Below are positions 41,246 through 52,519 of a DNA stretch of 64,000 nt, in pieces. The translations under genes and the position numbers were made by a program. The notes under the pieces are model-generated. The model had not been told where the DNA came from. It saw only the letters and a list, made by a program, of their open reading frames with translations, and made no database searches. How positions within the stretch are numbered: the first letter of the stretch is position 1; each line of letters starts with the position of its first letter. The stretch is from contig CBDCNM010000002.1 in assembly GCA_965219385.1 (NCBI GenBank), forward strand, positions 220,639 to 284,638. The letters run 5' to 3'. The DNA is from Candidatus Latescibacterota bacterium. GTDB lineage: Bacteria > Latescibacterota > UBA2968 > UBA8231.

Positions 41246-42262
41246 ATGAATGTACTGGTCACAGGTGGAGCAGGATTTATAGGCTCAAACTTTGTAAGAT
41301 ATTGGGCTGCGGAACATCCCAAGGATCATATTGTAGTCCTTGACCTCCTTACCTATGCCGGCAATCAAGCCAATCTGACCGATATAGATCATCCGTTCAA
41401 GTTTGTCCATGGCGATATCGCTGATTCAAGTTTAATTGAGAAGCTTTTTCATACTGAAAAAATCGAGGTAGTTGTCAACTTTGCAGCCGAGTCCCATAAT
41501 AGTTTAGCTGTGCTAGATCCATCGCTTTTTTTTAGTACCAATGTTCTTGGAACACAGAATCTATTGGAAGTGGCTCGGAAAATGGGTGTGAAGCGGTTTC
41601 ACCATATATCGACGTGTGAGGTATATGGTGATCTTGCTCTTGATAGTGATGAAGTGTTTACGGAAGAATCGCCGTACCGACCTCGCACGCCGTATAATGC
41701 ATCCAAGGCAGGTGCAGATCATGCGGTTCGTGCGTATTATGAGACCTTTGGCCTCCCGGTGACCATTTCAAACTGCTGTAACAACTACGGGCCGCATCAG
41801 TTTCCCGAGAAAGTGATTCCGCGTTTCGCCACGCTTGCATTAGATGATAAGCCACTCACTCTTTATGCCTCAACAACAAATCAGAGGGAATGGTTACACG
41901 TGCTGGACCACTGTCGTGCTATAGACCGCATCCTTACAGAGGGAGGCTTAGGGGAAACCTACAATGTTGGGAGTCAGGTGGAAAAAAGTATTGAAGAAAT
42001 CTCGGATTGTATTCTTGAGACGCTTGGGAAATCTCCTTCTTTAAAAATCATCGTTCCGGATCGTCCTGGACATGATCGTCGCTATCTTTTGGACTCGTCT
42101 AAAATCAAGGATGAACTGGGTTGGACCTCTGAGATTGAATTTGAAGCAGGCATGAAAGAAACCGTTCATTGGTATGCCGATCATCGTTCTTGGTGGGAGC
42201 CCTTGTTAGAAAAGGCCACTGTGGCAGAGGGAGACTGGAAAACCCACACACCTTCGGTCTAA
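41246..42262 (+). CDS. rfbB: dTDP-glucose 4,6-dehydratase
   Basis: TGGAGFIGSNF, LTYAGN, FAAESH, PYNASKA, NNYGPHQFPEK, DRPGHDRRY; visibly more AT-rich than the flanks. Confidence 0.93.
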   Translation: MNVLVTGGAGFIGSNFVRYWAAEHPKDHIVVLDLLTYAGNQANLTDIDHPFKFVHGDIADSSLIEKLFHTEKIEVVVNFAAESHNSLAVLDPSLFFSTNVLGTQNLLEVARKMGVKRFHHISTCEVYGDLALDSDEVFTEESPYRPRTPYNASKAGADHAVRAYYETFGLPVTISNCCNNYGPHQFPEKVIPRFATLALDDKPLTLYASTTNQREWLHVLDHCRAIDRILTEGGLGETYNVGSQVEKSIEEISDCILETLGKSPSLKIIVPDRPGHDRRYLLDSSKIKDELGWTSEIEFEAGMKETVHWYADHRSWWEPLLEKATVAEGDWKTHTPSV

Positions 42263-42646
42263 TCGGTCTCCTTGAGAAGTATTCAGAGCTTGACCAATAG
42301 ATCTCATTCGATTATCATTGTTTCAGTTGATGATTCTTTCACTTTCTTGAGCATAAAGGATGGTTGCGTCGCATTGAAAAGCGGCGATGGTGGTAGTGGT
42401 AACTGGTTCGACAACTTGATCATCACGTCTATTGCTTCTGGAGGCTCTCAACAGTCCCTGAAAATTCGCTCTGACACCCTTAGACAAATAAAATTAAATA
42501 ATTAAGAGGCTATTGAAGAAACGCGGTTTTGGGCGCCGTAAAGCGCCCAAGAAAAAGCACATTGGCGCCCTCTCAGCGCGATGCGAGGTCTCTTTTTCTA
42601 TTTTCTATTTTGCAACAAGTCTAAACAAAAAGCTCAAGAGGAAAAA

Positions 42647-43636
42647 GTGATTCTAGCGCGGGCTCCCTTTCGCATTTCCTTAGGTGGTGGTGGAACGGAT
42701 CTGCCATCCTACTATACCCAGTTTGGTAGTTTTATACTCAGCGCTGCCATCAGTAAATACCTCTACATTTATGTGAATCGTCCTTCCGCTGATGAATTCA
42801 TTCGCGTCAAGTATTCCCTCTACGAGCAAGTAAGTACTCCAGACGAAGTCCAACACGATCTCGTGCGCCCCGCGCTCAAGCTGCTCGATCTGAGCGGCAG
42901 TCTCGAAATTGTCTCTATGGCGGATGTGCCGGCGGGGACAGGATTGGGGTCTTCGGGGACGTACCTGGTCGCGCTGCTTACCGCTCTTTACGAACTAAAG
43001 CGCGAAAAAGTGCCCACCCAGGTCCTGGCGGAAACCTCCTGTCATATCGAGATGGATCTGGCCGGCCATGCCATAGGCAAACACGATCATTACCTGGCGG
43101 CCTTCGGAGGTATCACCTGTCTGGATATCGAGACCAGCGGCCGCGTCAAGGTCAGCTCGCTGGATATTTCCCTCACGACCGCGGAAGAATTCCGCAGTAA
43201 TGTTTTGCTATTCTATACAGGCCTTACCCGGCCGAGCCGGGATATTCTCGAATCTCAAAAGCGGGATACTGAGAAGGGAGCTACCGCGGTCGTGGATAGC
43301 CTGCATCGAACCCGGGAATTGGGCTACCGCATCAAGGAAGCCCTGGAGGAAGGGGATCTGGATCGCTTCGGGCTGCTGCTCGACGAACACTGGCAAAACA
43401 AGAAGCGTCGTTCCGACCAGATCAGTGATTCGCGAATTGATGAGTGGTACGCACTCGCCAGAGAACAGGGCGCTTTAGGAGGCAAGATTATAGGAGCGGG
43501 TGGTGGAGGATTTCTGATGCTGTATTGTGCCGCTAATAACAAAGCCAATCTACGCCGGACCCTTTCCGACGCTGGTTTGCGAGAGATGTCCTATGACTTT
43601 GATTTCGAGGGAGCCAAAACAATAGTCAATTTATGA
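42647..43636 (+). CDS. GHMP kinase, D-glycero-D-manno-heptose-7-phosphate kinase (HddA-like)
   Basis: APFRISLGGGGTD, PAGTGLGSS, GAGGGGF; GTG start. Confidence 0.88.
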   Translation: MILARAPFRISLGGGGTDLPSYYTQFGSFILSAAISKYLYIYVNRPSADEFIRVKYSLYEQVSTPDEVQHDLVRPALKLLDLSGSLEIVSMADVPAGTGLGSSGTYLVALLTALYELKREKVPTQVLAETSCHIEMDLAGHAIGKHDHYLAAFGGITCLDIETSGRVKVSSLDISLTTAEEFRSNVLLFYTGLTRPSRDILESQKRDTEKGATAVVDSLHRTRELGYRIKEALEEGDLDRFGLLLDEHWQNKKRRSDQISDSRIDEWYALAREQGALGGKIIGAGGGGFLMLYCAANNKANLRRTLSDAGLREMSYDFDFEGAKTIVNL

Positions 43637-43707
43637 TGCAGCCTTGCAAGCCGGACCTTCAGCCATGATTAAACCATATGACGTAGTAATAGAGGAGAAG
43701 AGGAAGG

Positions 43708-44751
43708 ATGTATGTTGGTCTGGTCGGCTGCGGTCAGATTGGCCGCAGACGGGCGGAGGTGATACGTCGATCGGCCAGTGACGAGCTGGTGGTTGTAGCG
43801 GATGTGGCCGAGGCCAGGGCTCGTGCGCTAGCCAATGAGATGGGGTGCCAGGTGGCGAGTACCTGGGAGCAAGTTGTGACCAGGGCGGATGTGGATGCGG
43901 TGATTGTGGCGACTACCCACGACTGGCTGGCATCTATAGCGACGGAAGGGTTGAGGAACGGAAAACACGTCCTGGTAGAAAAACCCATGGCCCGGACTCC
44001 GGCAGAAGCAGAGGCCGTTCTGCAGGCGGCAACCGGATCGTTGGTTGTAAAGGTCGGCTTTAACCACCGGCACCATGCCGCTGTCTGGAGAGCTCGAGAG
44101 CTTTTTGAGCAGGGCGCGATTGGCCGGCTTCTTTTTATTCGTTGCAGGTACGGCCATGGAGGCCGGCCTGGATACGAGCAGGAATGGCGTCTGGATCCGC
44201 AGAAATCCGGAGGCGGGGAACTGCTGGACCAGGGTATCCACGCCCTAGACCTTTGCCGCTGGCTTCTGGGCGACTTTTCAGAGGTTAGCAGCTTCATCGG
44301 AACCTACGTCTGGACCACTGCGGAACAGGCGACAGTGCATGGCAATCAGGCGCCTTCTGCTGGTGGAGTCGAGGACAACGCCTTTGTGTTATTGCGCACG
44401 GTTAAAGGTCAGGTGGCTTCTCTCCATGTCAGTTGGACCCAGTGGAAAAATTTGTTCTCTTTTGAAATCTTCGGCCAGGAGGGCTACCTCATCATCGAAG
44501 GGCTTGGGGGGAGCTATGGAGCTGAACAGCTGAAAGTCGGGCTAAGAAATATGCAGGGCGGCCCCGCGCGGGAAGAAATCTTGAACTTTCCGGAAAGGGA
44601 TGTATCCTGGGAAGCCGAGTGGGAGGAGTTCAGCGCTGCTATCCAGGAAGGCCGGCAGCCCCTGGCCAACGGCCATGACGGATACCAGGCTCTCAAGGCG
44701 ATCCACAGTGCCTACGAAGCGGCGCGCACGGGGACCGTGGTCAGAATCTGA
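43708..44751 (+). CDS. Gfo/Idh/MocA oxidoreductase
   Basis: VGCGQIG, HVLVEKP, GFNHR, GGGELLDQGIH. Confidence 0.92.
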   Translation: MYVGLVGCGQIGRRRAEVIRRSASDELVVVADVAEARARALANEMGCQVASTWEQVVTRADVDAVIVATTHDWLASIATEGLRNGKHVLVEKPMARTPAEAEAVLQAATGSLVVKVGFNHRHHAAVWRARELFEQGAIGRLLFIRCRYGHGGRPGYEQEWRLDPQKSGGGELLDQGIHALDLCRWLLGDFSEVSSFIGTYVWTTAEQATVHGNQAPSAGGVEDNAFVLLRTVKGQVASLHVSWTQWKNLFSFEIFGQEGYLIIEGLGGSYGAEQLKVGLRNMQGGPAREEILNFPERDVSWEAEWEEFSAAIQEGRQPLANGHDGYQALKAIHSAYEAARTGTVVRI

Positions 44752-44772
44752 GCATCTCGTTGCGCAGGAATC

Positions 44773-45162
44773 CTAGGTAAAGGCAGGATTTTTGAGGTAC
44801 TCTGCGAGGCTTGTGGCCTTTTGGTCACGACTGGATAGCAGGGGGTCGTCAAACGGCCAGTCTACCCCGATATCCGGATCGTTCCAGGCAATGGAGCCCT
44901 CAGAGGATGGAGTGTAATAGCCGGTACACTTGTACTGCACCTCGGCAAAGTCCGTCAGCGTGACAAAGGCATGGCCGAATCCGCTCGGCAGCATGAACTG
45001 CTTCATATTATCCGCCGAAAGTTCTACGCCTACCCATTGTCCGAACGTGGGCGATTTAACTCGCAAATCGACCCCTACGTCAAAGATCGCTCCCACTGTA
45101 CAGCGGATCAGCTTTCCCACCGGTGCGCTCATGTCCTGATAGTGGAACCCTCGCAATACCTT
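44773..45162 (-). pseudogene. rfbC: 5'-truncated near-identical copy of rfbC
   Basis: Matches 52520-52909 with few substitutions; lacks the N-terminal ~56 codons. Confidence 0.9.
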
Positions 45163-45230
45163 CCTGTGGACTGGTCGCGAATGCCAAACCAAAACGACCA
45201 AGGCCTGAAGGCTGACCTGCGCTTGTATCC

Positions 45231-46735
45231 GTGAGCCGCTTCGTTGGGACCCCGGGTGCGGCTTTACATTTCTCCGGGAGAGCTGGGCAAGACAAGCTAT
45301 TCAGTATATGGGGAAATATTGGTAGGTTCAAACTCGAGGTCGTTGCGCTGGGAGGAGAGCGGCGATTACAGGCGCTTACTCCGTCCAGCAGCCGGATACG
45401 AGCCCAGGCGGTAGGCTCGCGCCTGCCGCTGTTCGAACAGGGTCGGAAGGGGGATCAGAAGGAACCCCCCGAGAAAGGACTTTTGCAGTGAACGATATCA
45501 CCGTACAATCGAGACCTATTGCCATTCTATATGTTGTATCTCCGCAGTACGTTGGGGGTTTTTAGAGCCGACATGCCGCCGATCGAATTCCTCGACCAGC
45601 AGGGAGCCGTTGGTGCTGTTAATTCCACAAGAGGCACATCTTGGGGACCTTCGTTTACCTTTGGACTGGGCGTTCGTTTTAGGGTGTTTTCCCGTTGGAG
45701 CCTTCTGCTTGAAAGTTCCTATAGAGCAATGGTGAACCGAGGTAAGCAGATCGGCGAGGTTCGTGTAAGCAGTACGGCAGGTTTGAAGGATGTTCAGCTT
45801 AAGAGGCCCTAACAAAACTCTTTGAGGTACTTCCAACAGATGAGAATACATCCGATGTCGAGAAAGGCTTCATGGAGATCACCTCGTCGCTCCCAGCGGA
45901 CTCGAAGCCGACGGAATTGGTGCAACCATGCCAACGTTCGTTCCACCACCCACCGATAGACGCCCAAGCCGCTGCCGTGGGCTTGCCCTCGCCGAGCCAA
46001 CACCGAGCCGATGCCCCGCTTACGCAAGGCGCGCCGATGGGCTTGCGAATCATAGGCCCGATCCCCTTGCACCCGATCCGGCCGACGGCGCGGGCGGCCG
46101 ACCCGACCGGCCACCGGGGGTATGCGATCCACCAACGGCAACAGCTGCGTCACATCATGCCGATGGGCCCCCGTCACCCCCGCCGCCAACGGCACCCCTT
46201 GGGCATCGGTGATTACATGGTGTTTGCTACCGGGTTTGCCGCGGTCCGTCGGATTGGGACCGGTGTGCGCCCCCCCCCAACCGCCCGCACCGAGGCACTA
46301 TCGACCACCGCACGAGACCAATCAATCCGGTCGGCGGCCCTCAGTCGGTTCAACAGGATATGATGGACTCTTTTCCAGACCCCGGCTTGTTGCCAAGCGT
46401 GCAGGCGACGCCAACAGGTCATCCCCGAACCGCACCCCATCTCTTGAGGCAAATACTCCCAAGGGATACCCGTCTTGAGCACAAAGAGAATGCCGGTCAG
46501 CACCCTACGGTTATCCAGCCGAGGCCGCCCCCCTTGGGGGCCAACGGTTACGGGGGGCAAAACCGGTTCAATCAAGGCCCATAACCCATCGTCGAGTAAC
46601 GGCTTGGCCATCAAAAACACCTCCATATCAAGACGGTAGAAGCAATACCGAAGAGGATAAGAATATAATGAAGCCTATACGCGATTCCAAGGTTTTGTTA
46701 GAGACTCTAAGTCAGGTTTAGAATTCCAGCTTTGA
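45231..46735 (+). pseudogene. Outer-membrane beta-barrel gene fragment interrupted by the IS at 45803-46707
   Basis: SWGPSFTFGLGVRFRVFSRWSLLLESSY...DVQL, then after IS removal KSGLEFQL*; in-frame TGA at 45489; 5' limit uncertain. Confidence 0.55.
45803..46707 (-). mobile_element. IS5-family element (IS427-like two-ORF transposase: orfA 46213-46611, orfB to 45809)
   Basis: IRs GAGGCCCTAACAAAAC / GAGTCTCTAACAAAAC, TAA direct repeats; GILFVLKTGIPW, DRAYDS, RWVVERT; -1 join at a G9 run (46270-46278). Confidence 0.92.
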
Positions 46736-48031
46736 ACCTACCTTGCTAAGGATGTGCAGTTTACTCCAAAATCGCCAGTCCGTCAATCCGCAGGACGGAC
46801 CGTCACCTGCGTGCTGGGATGGCCGATGTCTGTCCTGACGTAAACGATGGTCCGGGTTTGGTCGTCGGAGTTGACTTGCTGAATGATCTCGCCGCCCTCG
46901 ACGGCATAAGTGCCGCTGGCCATGGCGAACTTGAGGCGACCTCCCTGGATCGCGATGGGGTTGTCGCCGGGGTCCCTGTAGATCGTGGCACTGAGCGCGG
47001 TTTCCGTCCCCTGGTTGAGGACCGCGGCCGGGCCACCTACCCGTCTCGGGCACCGCGTACGTCACCTCGAACTTTAGCAGGGTGCAGTCGCGCACCAAAT
47101 ACCCGCTGGCGACGTAGGTGTCGCAGGTGGGCAGTCGCGCTTCCTTTTCGACCACCGTGCTGTAGTTGGTCTGTGCCAGGACTGAGTCGACGGCCACCTT
47201 GCCTAATCGGCGGTTGCGATTCGATGAGGCCCTTGCCCAGTCTGGGGTCGTCCGCCGCCAGTCCCGATATCTCCAGCAGACCGATGAGTTCCAGTTCCGG
47301 GGATTTGGCCAAACCCCCGTAGTAGGTAGGCACCGGGCCGCGGTGGATGTGCCGTCATCGGTCCGGTGGGCTCGCTCGAGCAGGACCAGATCCAAACCGT
47401 ACTGTTCGTCGAAGAAGGTCGGTGATCTGCCACGGCTCGCCGTCGCGGCGCCTCCAGGTGAGGTGGTGACACATAAGGAGCCGCAAGCCGCTTTGTTGGT
47501 GGGCCAGCAGATCTTCCTTGAGCCAGCGGTCCTGGTTCGGGCGGATCGCATGGGCTCCCCACTGGTCCGGGCAGTAGGGCAAGACGACGTGCAGTGAGCC
47601 GATGTCGCGGGATTGGTATCGTGTGCTGAAGTAATGTCGGTAATACTCGATGCTCATCGGCTGGTCGGGATAGGGCTCGTGGGGGTAGTGCCCGTAGTCC
47701 GCAATGCCCCCGCGGTCGTGGTTCCCGAGGCCTTGGAAGTAAGGCACGTCCAGGTGTCGGGAGGCGGCGTCGGCGATGCGGGCGACGACGCGCTCGTCCT
47801 CATAGCCTATATCGTCGACATTGGCGTAGAAGGCGGGGCGGATGATGTTGACCGTCTCCCGGAAGAGGGAGGCGATCTCCCCATCCACCGCGATCCGGTG
47901 CGAGTCGAGGGCGTGATGGAAGTTGCCGATTAGGTAGGTGGGGTCGGGATATTCCAGCAGTACGTTGACGGCGTTCAGTTGGAAGGCCGTCCCCAGGGAG
48001 CTGGACACCTGTAGGTCGTACAGCTCCTTAG

Positions 48032-49478
48032 CTCGACTTTATCCATTTATGTAGCGTACGAGACGGTGTGTATCAAGCGGTTGAGTAGGCTTCGAGGGAT
48101 TTTTATCAGGTCGTGTTGGTTGGGCAGGTTGGAAAAAGCCTGCCAGAGCCGTTGTCGGACCCAGGCCACGGCATCGGAAAAGGTGGGTTTTCGTTTGCCA
48201 TACCAGGCCGTGGCATGGCAGGGGGAGGCGCTTTTGGGGGCCAGCCGATTGGCGATGAGGGCGACCAGACTAAACAAGGCCAAGATGACCGGCGTGGTCC
48301 GGGCAATGGCCCGCTCATTCCATTGGCGTTGGGTTTCCATGCCCAGATGGGCGCGGGCTTCCTCAAAGGTAGTTTCTACCGACCAGCGTTGGAGAAAATA
48401 GGTCAGCATTTGCCGAGGGGACAGACGCACATCGGTCGAGAGCAAGGCTTGGGGCGCGAAGCGGCCGGCCGGGTCTCGGATCAGCAGCCAGCGGAGGGGC
48501 ACGGCGGGCAAGCCAGTGTGATACCACAGCGCCGTTTGGCTGTAGGTTTCCACTGTATAGGGGCCGGCGGCATACCACCGGTCCAGGGTGAGGGGGTGCC
48601 AAGGGGTAGTCGGATCGTTCAGGTGCTGCTGGAGGGTGGGCTGCCGGGCGCCTTTGCCGCGGGGGCGTCCCCGCGTGTGCGGCGTGCGGGTTGGTGGTGG
48701 GTCATACAGGGCCGCATCCAACCGCAAGCGGGTAATCAGCCCCACGTGGGGCCGAACCGCGTCGAGAAAGGCCAAGGCGGAGAAGGTGCTATCGGCGACC
48801 ACGACCAGCCGGCGGGTGGGCAGCCAGCGCGCTACCAGCTTGAGCATAGTCTGCCCCCGTTGCAACAGGGTGAGGGGGGTGCGCTGGCGCTGAGTATAGT
48901 AGCGGGCCGACGGACACAGCACACTCATAAAGGGTAAGGCCCAACTTCGATCCGCCCAAGGGATAGGCGCTACCAGCATCAACGACAGCCAGCGCAAGCC
49001 GCTAGCCTTGACCAGGTGGGGCCCACTCGAGCGGACGGGATCCCGGTAGATGCCTCGGGCCCCAATCTGGGCGCCCCGGCGCCGCTCGATGGTCTCATCC
49101 AGGCCCAGGACCAGGGGCCCGTGGGGGGCAAAGGCGGCCACCAACGCCTGGAGGAGTAGCTTACTGCCGGCCAGGGGCGACCACACACAGCGGTTGAGGA
49201 TCCGGTGGTAGGTTTGAAAGGTAGGCTGTTGGCTCAAGCCCAACACCTCCAACACGGCGCTGACCGTGCGTTTACCCGGGGCTAACAGCGCCCCGACCAA
49301 CAGCGTCTGAGCCTGCGGCCAAACGCGGCTCGAAAAAAGGGGGGCAAAGGGCGACAAAATCGTTATTATATCTTTCGGCAGGGGGCTCATCGGTTTCTCC
49401 TGGGCTGTCGATGCTTGGATACCATCAACAGTACGGAGGATACCGGCCTCCTGCCATGCGCGTTTGGATAAAATCGAG
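48032..49478 (-). mobile_element. IS701-like element copy 1 (transposase 48047-49390)
   Basis: 14-bp IRs CTCGA(C/T)TTTATCCA, CTTAG direct repeats, DDE motifs (LDET, VADS, RWSVETTFEE). Confidence 0.92.
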
Positions 49479-49482
49479 CTTA

Positions 49483-50411
49483 GAAGCTGTTTTAGAATTC
49501 AGATTTTCCACCGATTCTCTTGACCAAGAGGTGAATCATCGCAATGTAAATAAAGGCTTCGCTATTTCGGGGTAGGACTTCATAGTCCTTGGAAAGGCGC
49601 CGAAAATTCAATAACCAGGCAAAGGTGCGCTCCACCACCCAACGCCATTTCATCACTTGAAATCCCTGGCCTTCTCGCTGGACCACTGCCAGGTCAATTT
49701 TGTGCGTCCGCTTCAAACTTGCAACCCATGCCTTGATGGCCTCGCCGCGATACCCACCATCGACCCATAGCTTTCGAAGGCGGGTCAAGCCAGCGGCAAA
49801 ATAGGCTTTGAGCAACACCTTCAACCCGTCCGGATCGGCACCGTCGGCAGGCGAGACAAACGCGGAGATGATAAGCCCCAAGGGGTCAACAAGGAGAGGG
49901 CGCTTGCGGCCATTGACCTTCTTGCCAGCATCATAACCCTTTGATTCACCTTGGGTTGCAGTCTTGATGCTTGGGCTGTCTATAGAGCCTGCCGAAGCGG
50001 TGGGCTTGCGGCCTTGACGGCGCCTTTCCCTTCTGGAGAGTGCCGGATGGATCTGCCTCCAGATGCCTTTTTTGCTCCAGGTGTTGAAATACCCATACAC
50101 GGTTTGCCAGCACCCATACTCCTTGGGCAGCATCCGCCACTGACCGCCCGTTTGGGTCACATACACAATGGCGTTGAACCCCTCGCGCAGAGGAACCGGT
50201 GGACGACCGCGACTCCCGGGATGCCATTTGCGTTTGGGAAGGAGGGTGAGGAGAAGTTGCCATTGCGCTTCGATCAAATCGGTCGGATATTGTCTGAGCG
50301 TATTCATCTTCATCCTTTCGTTTCAGGTGGTTTTGGACAACCTGAATTTGGATAGATGAATACGCGCTTTTCAACTCTTTTTTTAACCCCTCACATTTTT
50401 AAAACAGCTTC
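49483..50411 (-). mobile_element. IS5-family element (IS1031-like, single transposase 49492-50313)
   Basis: IRs GAAGCTGTTTTA; YPTDL, GYDAGKKVNGRKR, VDGGY, RWVVERTFAW; flanks TTA/TCA. Confidence 0.9.
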
Positions 50412-50801
50412 TCAGGGGTGTCGGGCGGTATCTGGACGCGGAGGCGCCATCCTGGCTCCACGTCGTGTCGGATCATCCAACGTCCGTATTCCGTCCGCAG
50501 TATCCGCAGGGGGCGGGAGAAGTGTTCAGTGCACAGGGAGACAGACCAGTCCCGTACGGCGCCGTCAGCGTCGATTTCGATGGTGAGAGAGTCTCCGGCG
50601 AGGCGGGTGACGGCGCTCGTCAGTCGGGGAGACACGATGGTCGAGAACAGCGGTCCCGGGTTAGGATCATCGACAGGTCGGATTTGCCGCCCGACTCCAG
50701 GTCTATCTCGGTCTCCTGGGGGAGGAAGCCCCAACGGGATGCCCTGACGGTGCAGGAACCTGGGTGGAGACCGGAGGCGGCCGACAGGTCAATGTCAAAA
50801 G

Positions 50802-52268
50802 GTAACCGTTCACAATTTTTCTGATTGACCATCGGCTTCTACGGTCCGATTCTATGTTCCATGCCTACGACGGTCCCCGATCCTGCCTGCCCTGGTTGCG
50901 TTGCTCTTCGAGCCGAAATGGCCGAGATGAAGCGGCAAATGGTGGCCTTGCAAGAGGCGCTGGCTCGGTCGAGAAGAATTCATCCAATAGTTCCAAGCCG
51001 CCCTCCTCCGATATCGTCAAACCGCCTAAACCGGCGGCGAAGCGAGGGAAAAAGCGCCGTCCGGGCGGCCAGCCTGGTCATGCCCAATACGAGCGGACCT
51101 TGTCTATAGAGCAGGCCGATGTGATCCACGCGCATACCTTGGATCGGTGTCCAGGCTGTGCCGACGATAGGCGGCTCCATTTGGTCGGTGCGGAGCAGAC
51201 GCGCTATCCGTATGAGTTGGTCGAAAAACCGATGTCTTGCAGGCGCATCAGTCCCCCCTCTACTGGTGTGCCTCCTGTGATCGAATCCAGGCGGCGCCCT
51301 TGCCTGCGGCGCTTAGCCAGGGGGGCCTGGTGGGCCCTCGACTAACCGGCTTGATGGGCTGGGGGCCATGTGTCCTATACGACCCTGCAGGCCTTGCTGG
51401 CCGAAGGGCTGGGCGCCCCCCTTTCGACGGGGTTGCTGGCCAAGGTCGTCGAAAGGGGGGCGCCCAGCCCTTGAGCCGATCTATCAGCCCCTACTCGAGG
51501 CTCTGCCCCATCAGCCGCAGCGCAACATCGACGAGACGGGCCCCAAAGACCAGGGCCATCGGTTATGGACCTGGGTGTTGGGCGCGCCCTCCTTTACCCT
51601 GTTTCACATCGCCCCCTCCCGAGGCAGCCAGGTCCTGGAAAACCTCTTGGGCGACGCCGGCGCCGCGGTGCCGGGGCACGATTACTTTTCGGCCTATCGC
51701 GCCTACATGCACAAGGCGCCGGTGACGGTACAGTTTTGCTTGGCGCATCTGATTCGCGAGGTGTGCTTTCTCACCCAGTCGACCGATCGAGCCATTGCCC
51801 AGTATGGCCAACGGCTCCTGGACGAGCTCAAAGCGCTGTTTGGCCTGATCCACCGGCGCGAGCACCTCCATCCGGAGCCCTTTCAACGCCGACTCGAACA
51901 GGCCCGCGAGCGCTTCTTGCAAAAAGCTCGACGAACCCAGGCCGGGGGGGCCGCGGCCAACCGGGCCCAGCGCTTGGGCACCCACGGCCGAGCTTACTTC
52001 ACCTTTATCACCTGTCCCGCTATCGAGCCGACCAACCATGGGGCCGAGCGGGCGTTGCGCTTTTGTGTGATCGACCGACGCATGACCCAAGGCACCCGAG
52101 GCCGCAAGGGTCAACAGTGGTGTGAGCGGTTCTGGACGATCCAAGCCACCTGCCGGCAACAAGGCCGGCGTGTGTGCCGCTTTATCCAACAAGCCGTTTA
52201 CGCGTATTTCCAGGACACGCAACCACTCTCCTTGATCCCGGCCTAATTCAAAAGCTGTGAACGGTTAC
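50802..52268 (+). mobile_element. IS66-family element, tnpC-only, frameshifted
   Basis: IRs GTAACCGTTCACA; NSSKPPSSD, GGQPGH, DET, QFCLAHLIR, PTNHGAERALR spread over several frames; flanking 8-mers do not match. Confidence 0.9.
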
Positions 52269-52358
52269 GGTTCATGTATGCATATGTATGGTAGGCCGAA
52301 AAGTAATCGTGGCCCACGACGGCGGTGCAGTCGGTGCCCAGGATGTCTTCTAGCTCGC

Positions 52359-52460
52359 GTGCAACCCTCTTCATAACCATTCACTCCCGATCAAAGTCAG
52401 CAAAAGCAGAAGCGGCGTCAAGATCGCTTCCGCTCATCAGGGTAAAAATAACTGCTGTTG
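52359..52460. repeat. Non-coding repeat copy A (internally deleted)
   Basis: GTGCAACCCTCTTCATAACCA joined to CCCGATCAAAGTCAGCAAAAGCAGAAGCGGCGTCAAGA...; homologous to 53229-53430 and 59235-59433. Confidence 0.85.
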
Positions 52461-52519
52461 ATCCGGGCACACCACGAATCCGAATCGACTGAAAAAGAGT
52501 GTGCGGGATTCGGCGCGAC

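Larger units (their letters stand above)
46783..50801 (-). pseudogene. Large metallophosphoesterase-domain protein split by IS5 + IS701 and truncated by IS66
   Basis: ...QIPPDTPE (50412) rejoins ELYDLQVSS... (48027); GLGNHD and MCHH motifs; several frameshifts. Confidence 0.7.

Noticed and set aside
45489..45491. In-frame TGA in the beta-barrel fragment as a second selenocysteine
   Set aside because: No redox motif or SECIS-like hairpin, and the gene is IS-disrupted; TGG>TGA decay is simpler.
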